Shown here: positions 61,260-64,000 of the stretch, piece by piece
Layout: each line of letters opens with the position of its first letter
Numbering within the stretch: position 1 is the stretch's first letter
DNA from: Octopus sinensis
Lineage: Eukaryota
Assembly (NCBI RefSeq): GCF_006345805.1
Contig: NC_043007.1
Span: 9,610,001-9,674,000, forward strand
DNA length: 64,000 bases
Direction of reading: 5' to 3'
Translations under genes and position numbers: made by a program
Notes under the pieces: model-generated
The model's database searches: none
Told to the model about the DNA's origin: nothing
What the model saw: the letters and a program-made list of their open reading frames with translations, nothing else

Positions 61260-62195
61260 CTCATTACGTTTTGAGTTCAAACGCAGCCGACGTATACTAA
61301 TCCTTCTCTCCCGTTTCGGTGGATAAAATAAAGTACCAGCTAAATTTAGCGGTCAATATTTAAGTGGAACTTGTCGAAGGCTGCGAGCTGGTACGTTAGC
61401 ATGCCGGGCGAAATATTTAGCGGTATTTCGTCTGCCGTTACGTTCTGTGTTCAAATTCCGCCGAGGTCGACTTTGCCTTTCATCCTTTCGGGGTCGATAA
61501 ATTAAGTACTAGTTACGCACTGGGGTCGATGTAATCGACTTAATCCGTTTGTCTGTCCTTGTTTGTCCCTTCTGTGTTTAGCCTCTTGTGGGTAGTAAAG
61601 AAATAGGTATTTCGTCTGCCGTTACGTTCTGAGTTCAAATTCCACCGATGTCGACTTTGCCTTTCATCCTTTCGGGGTCGATAAATTAAGTACCATTTAC
61701 GAACTGGAGCCGATGTAATCGACTTAACTCCTTTGTCTCTCCTTGTTTGTTCCCTCTATTTTTAGCCCCTTGTGGGCAATAAAGAAATAAGAATCATTAG
61801 CACACTGGACTGAATTCTTAGCGGTGTTTCTTCCGGCTTTGTGTTCTGAGTTCAAATTCTACCGCGGTTGACTTTGCCATTTATTCTTCCGGGGTCGATG
61901 ACATAGTACCAGTAGAATACTGGGGACGAGGAAATTGATTTTTTCCCTCCCAAAAAATTGAAGAGACAAAATTTGAAAAATGACGGTGAGCTGAGGAAAT
62001 CGTTAGCACGCCGGACAAAATGCTTAGCGGCATTTCGTCCGCCTATTTGTTTTGAGTTCAAATACTGCTGGAGTCGACTTTACCTTTGCCTTTAGTCCTT
62101 CCGGAGTTAATAAAATAAGTACCAGCTACACACCGGAGTCGATGTAATCGACTAGGCATCTCCTTCGAAATTGCTGGCCTTGAGCCAAAATTTCA
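61260..62195 (+). mobile_element. Cluster of SINE-C units, partly tandem
   Basis: At least four GTTCAAA..GTCGACTTTGCC..GGGGTCGAT cores; units joined at AAAGAAATAGGTATTTCGTCTG (about 61598-61619). Confidence 0.85.
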
Positions 62196-64000
62196 AACCG
62201 ATATATCCGACTTGTCTTCTCCCCTCAGAAATTACTGGTTTTGGATCCTGTAGCGGACCGGTGTCCCATTCAGGAAGCATCTTCTGATGTCTGTTATTTA
62301 TACGCCATAGAAACTGGGTAAACGGCTTTATGAGTCTTAGGGTTAAAGAAAACAAAAACGCGTCAGGGCACAATGGAAAACTCATATCTTTGTGTAGCAG
62401 AGGACATATTCAATTGAAATTATATACGACTTCTTCATTCGTATCTTTTTACTGTGCAAAAGCGATTATATTCAAATTCAGAATAAGAATAGAATGGCAA
62501 GACAAATATACTACGAGACTAAATTACAATACATCTGCGAGAAAACAGACATAGGTGCTTGATGCTTTCTAGACAAATGCCATTTCCTAGTCTCATTATT
62601 TTTCGCAGTCACCTTTTGCTCAAAATCTTTATATTTAATGTAAAAGCAAATATATATTAAATATTCAATCTATCTTTGCCCAACAGCTGTCAATGAACAG
62701 AAAAATATTTTCTAAATTCAATTTCCCAACATTTATATATACTCACGTAATTAGATATAAATACGATGCCGACAAGAGACAGACTTCTTCGAGGTACAGA
62801 CGTATATAGCATATGTTGTGTGACTAAATTTCTAATTCTTCTAACAAATATTCTATAAAACAGATACTATTTCAGATGTTAAAAATACCATTTGGTCTAT
62901 ATAATTAGAGACTGTCAGCTCACTTGACGAGAAAACTTCCCAATTCGACCTTCTGAAATAAAAAGACTTTTATTACAAAATGCACCATTTCTCATTGTAT
63001 GGATGTGTGTTTGAGTCTGCGTATGTTTATTTCTATTTTTAATTATTTGTTGTCTTCCAAGTAAAGTAGGAGCTGGTTTCTAGCAAAGATACAAATCTCC
63101 ATCGCCGTAATGTAGATAACCATATTTGCAATATGGATTAAGAAAAATCTTGCATATTTTTATTGTTCCACTTACAAATTGTAACGTTCGTATCAACTGG
63201 TCAATTTCATTTTCTGAAAACCCTAGTTTATCCAGGTTGTCACTTGGGTATTTACTAACAAAACCAAGTGCACCTACTATTATTGGTATAAATGTGAATT
63301 TATAATCTATAGATTGAAGCTAAAAGCTTCAAAACACTTATCTTTTTTCCGCTTTAATTTTCGGAATGATACTCAGATCAGCAGGGCAGCAGATATCTAT
63401 TACGGTACATACGTTTCCATATCACTCCAAAATAACAATATCTGGCTTCATATTTGCATTTGGTAGAAGTTTTAGTGGCAATGTTCTACCAATATGTCAC
63501 GTGTACATGTTTATGTATGTATCCAATAAGGGGGACTATATTTATTCCAGGGCAGTCTGTCCAGAGCAGTCATTTCACATATGGAGATAATACCTTCATG
63601 ACATTCTTCAGCAGCTATGTACGAATTAACTTGAACATGATTTTAAAGTAGAAGTGATTGTTACCGAAATTCTTGTGCTGCGGGATCAGTCCCGAAACCG
63701 CTTAGCCGCGGTGCCCGTACACGTTTTAGATATGTGTTCTTCGAGAATATTCTTAATCAGACCGATCTGTTTTCAAAGTAAAATATTTGAGTAGCTGTCT
63801 GTATCCCGAAAAAAAGAAATACGTTTAGACGTCCCATTTTATTGTATTTATGTATGTATGTATGTATGTATGTATGTATGTATGTATGTATGTATGTATG
63901 TATGTTTATAATATACATACGTGCGTGTGTGTTACTGTAACCGTGTGTCTGTGTACTTATTAAAATGCATATACATGTCTATATCTATATCTGTATTTGC

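Overview
Eukaryotic, repeat-saturated DNA with very abundant (TA)n, (CA)n, (TAA)n and (GAT)n tracts. The SINE types and microsatellite load suggest a cephalopod, probably Octopus; this is an inference, not checked. Almost all ORFs in the supplied track are microsatellite artefacts. Supportable content: (1) two in-frame plus-strand exons of an unidentified host gene (18975-18996, 25679-25809); (2) a full-length but dead L1/Tx1-clade LINE (9506-14844, 17-bp TSD) plus two related fragments; (3) CR1, R4/Dong-like and Penelope-like (RT + GIY-YIG) remnants; (4) several mariner derivatives; (5) five tRNA-derived SINE types, labelled A-E here; (6) a tandem segmental duplication at 42618-49403. The strongest signal no ORF explains is about ten hammerhead-ribozyme (HHR) motifs, whole or partial, read by eye. 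Most are type I with tiny, palindromic helix III and most are decayed. They sit in short non-coding elements next to (TA)n tracts, including a tRNA-headed SINE, a 354-bp retrozyme-like monomer split by the Tx1 LINE, and fold-back palindromes that turn around at or beside the ribozyme. Ribozyme activity and novelty are untested.
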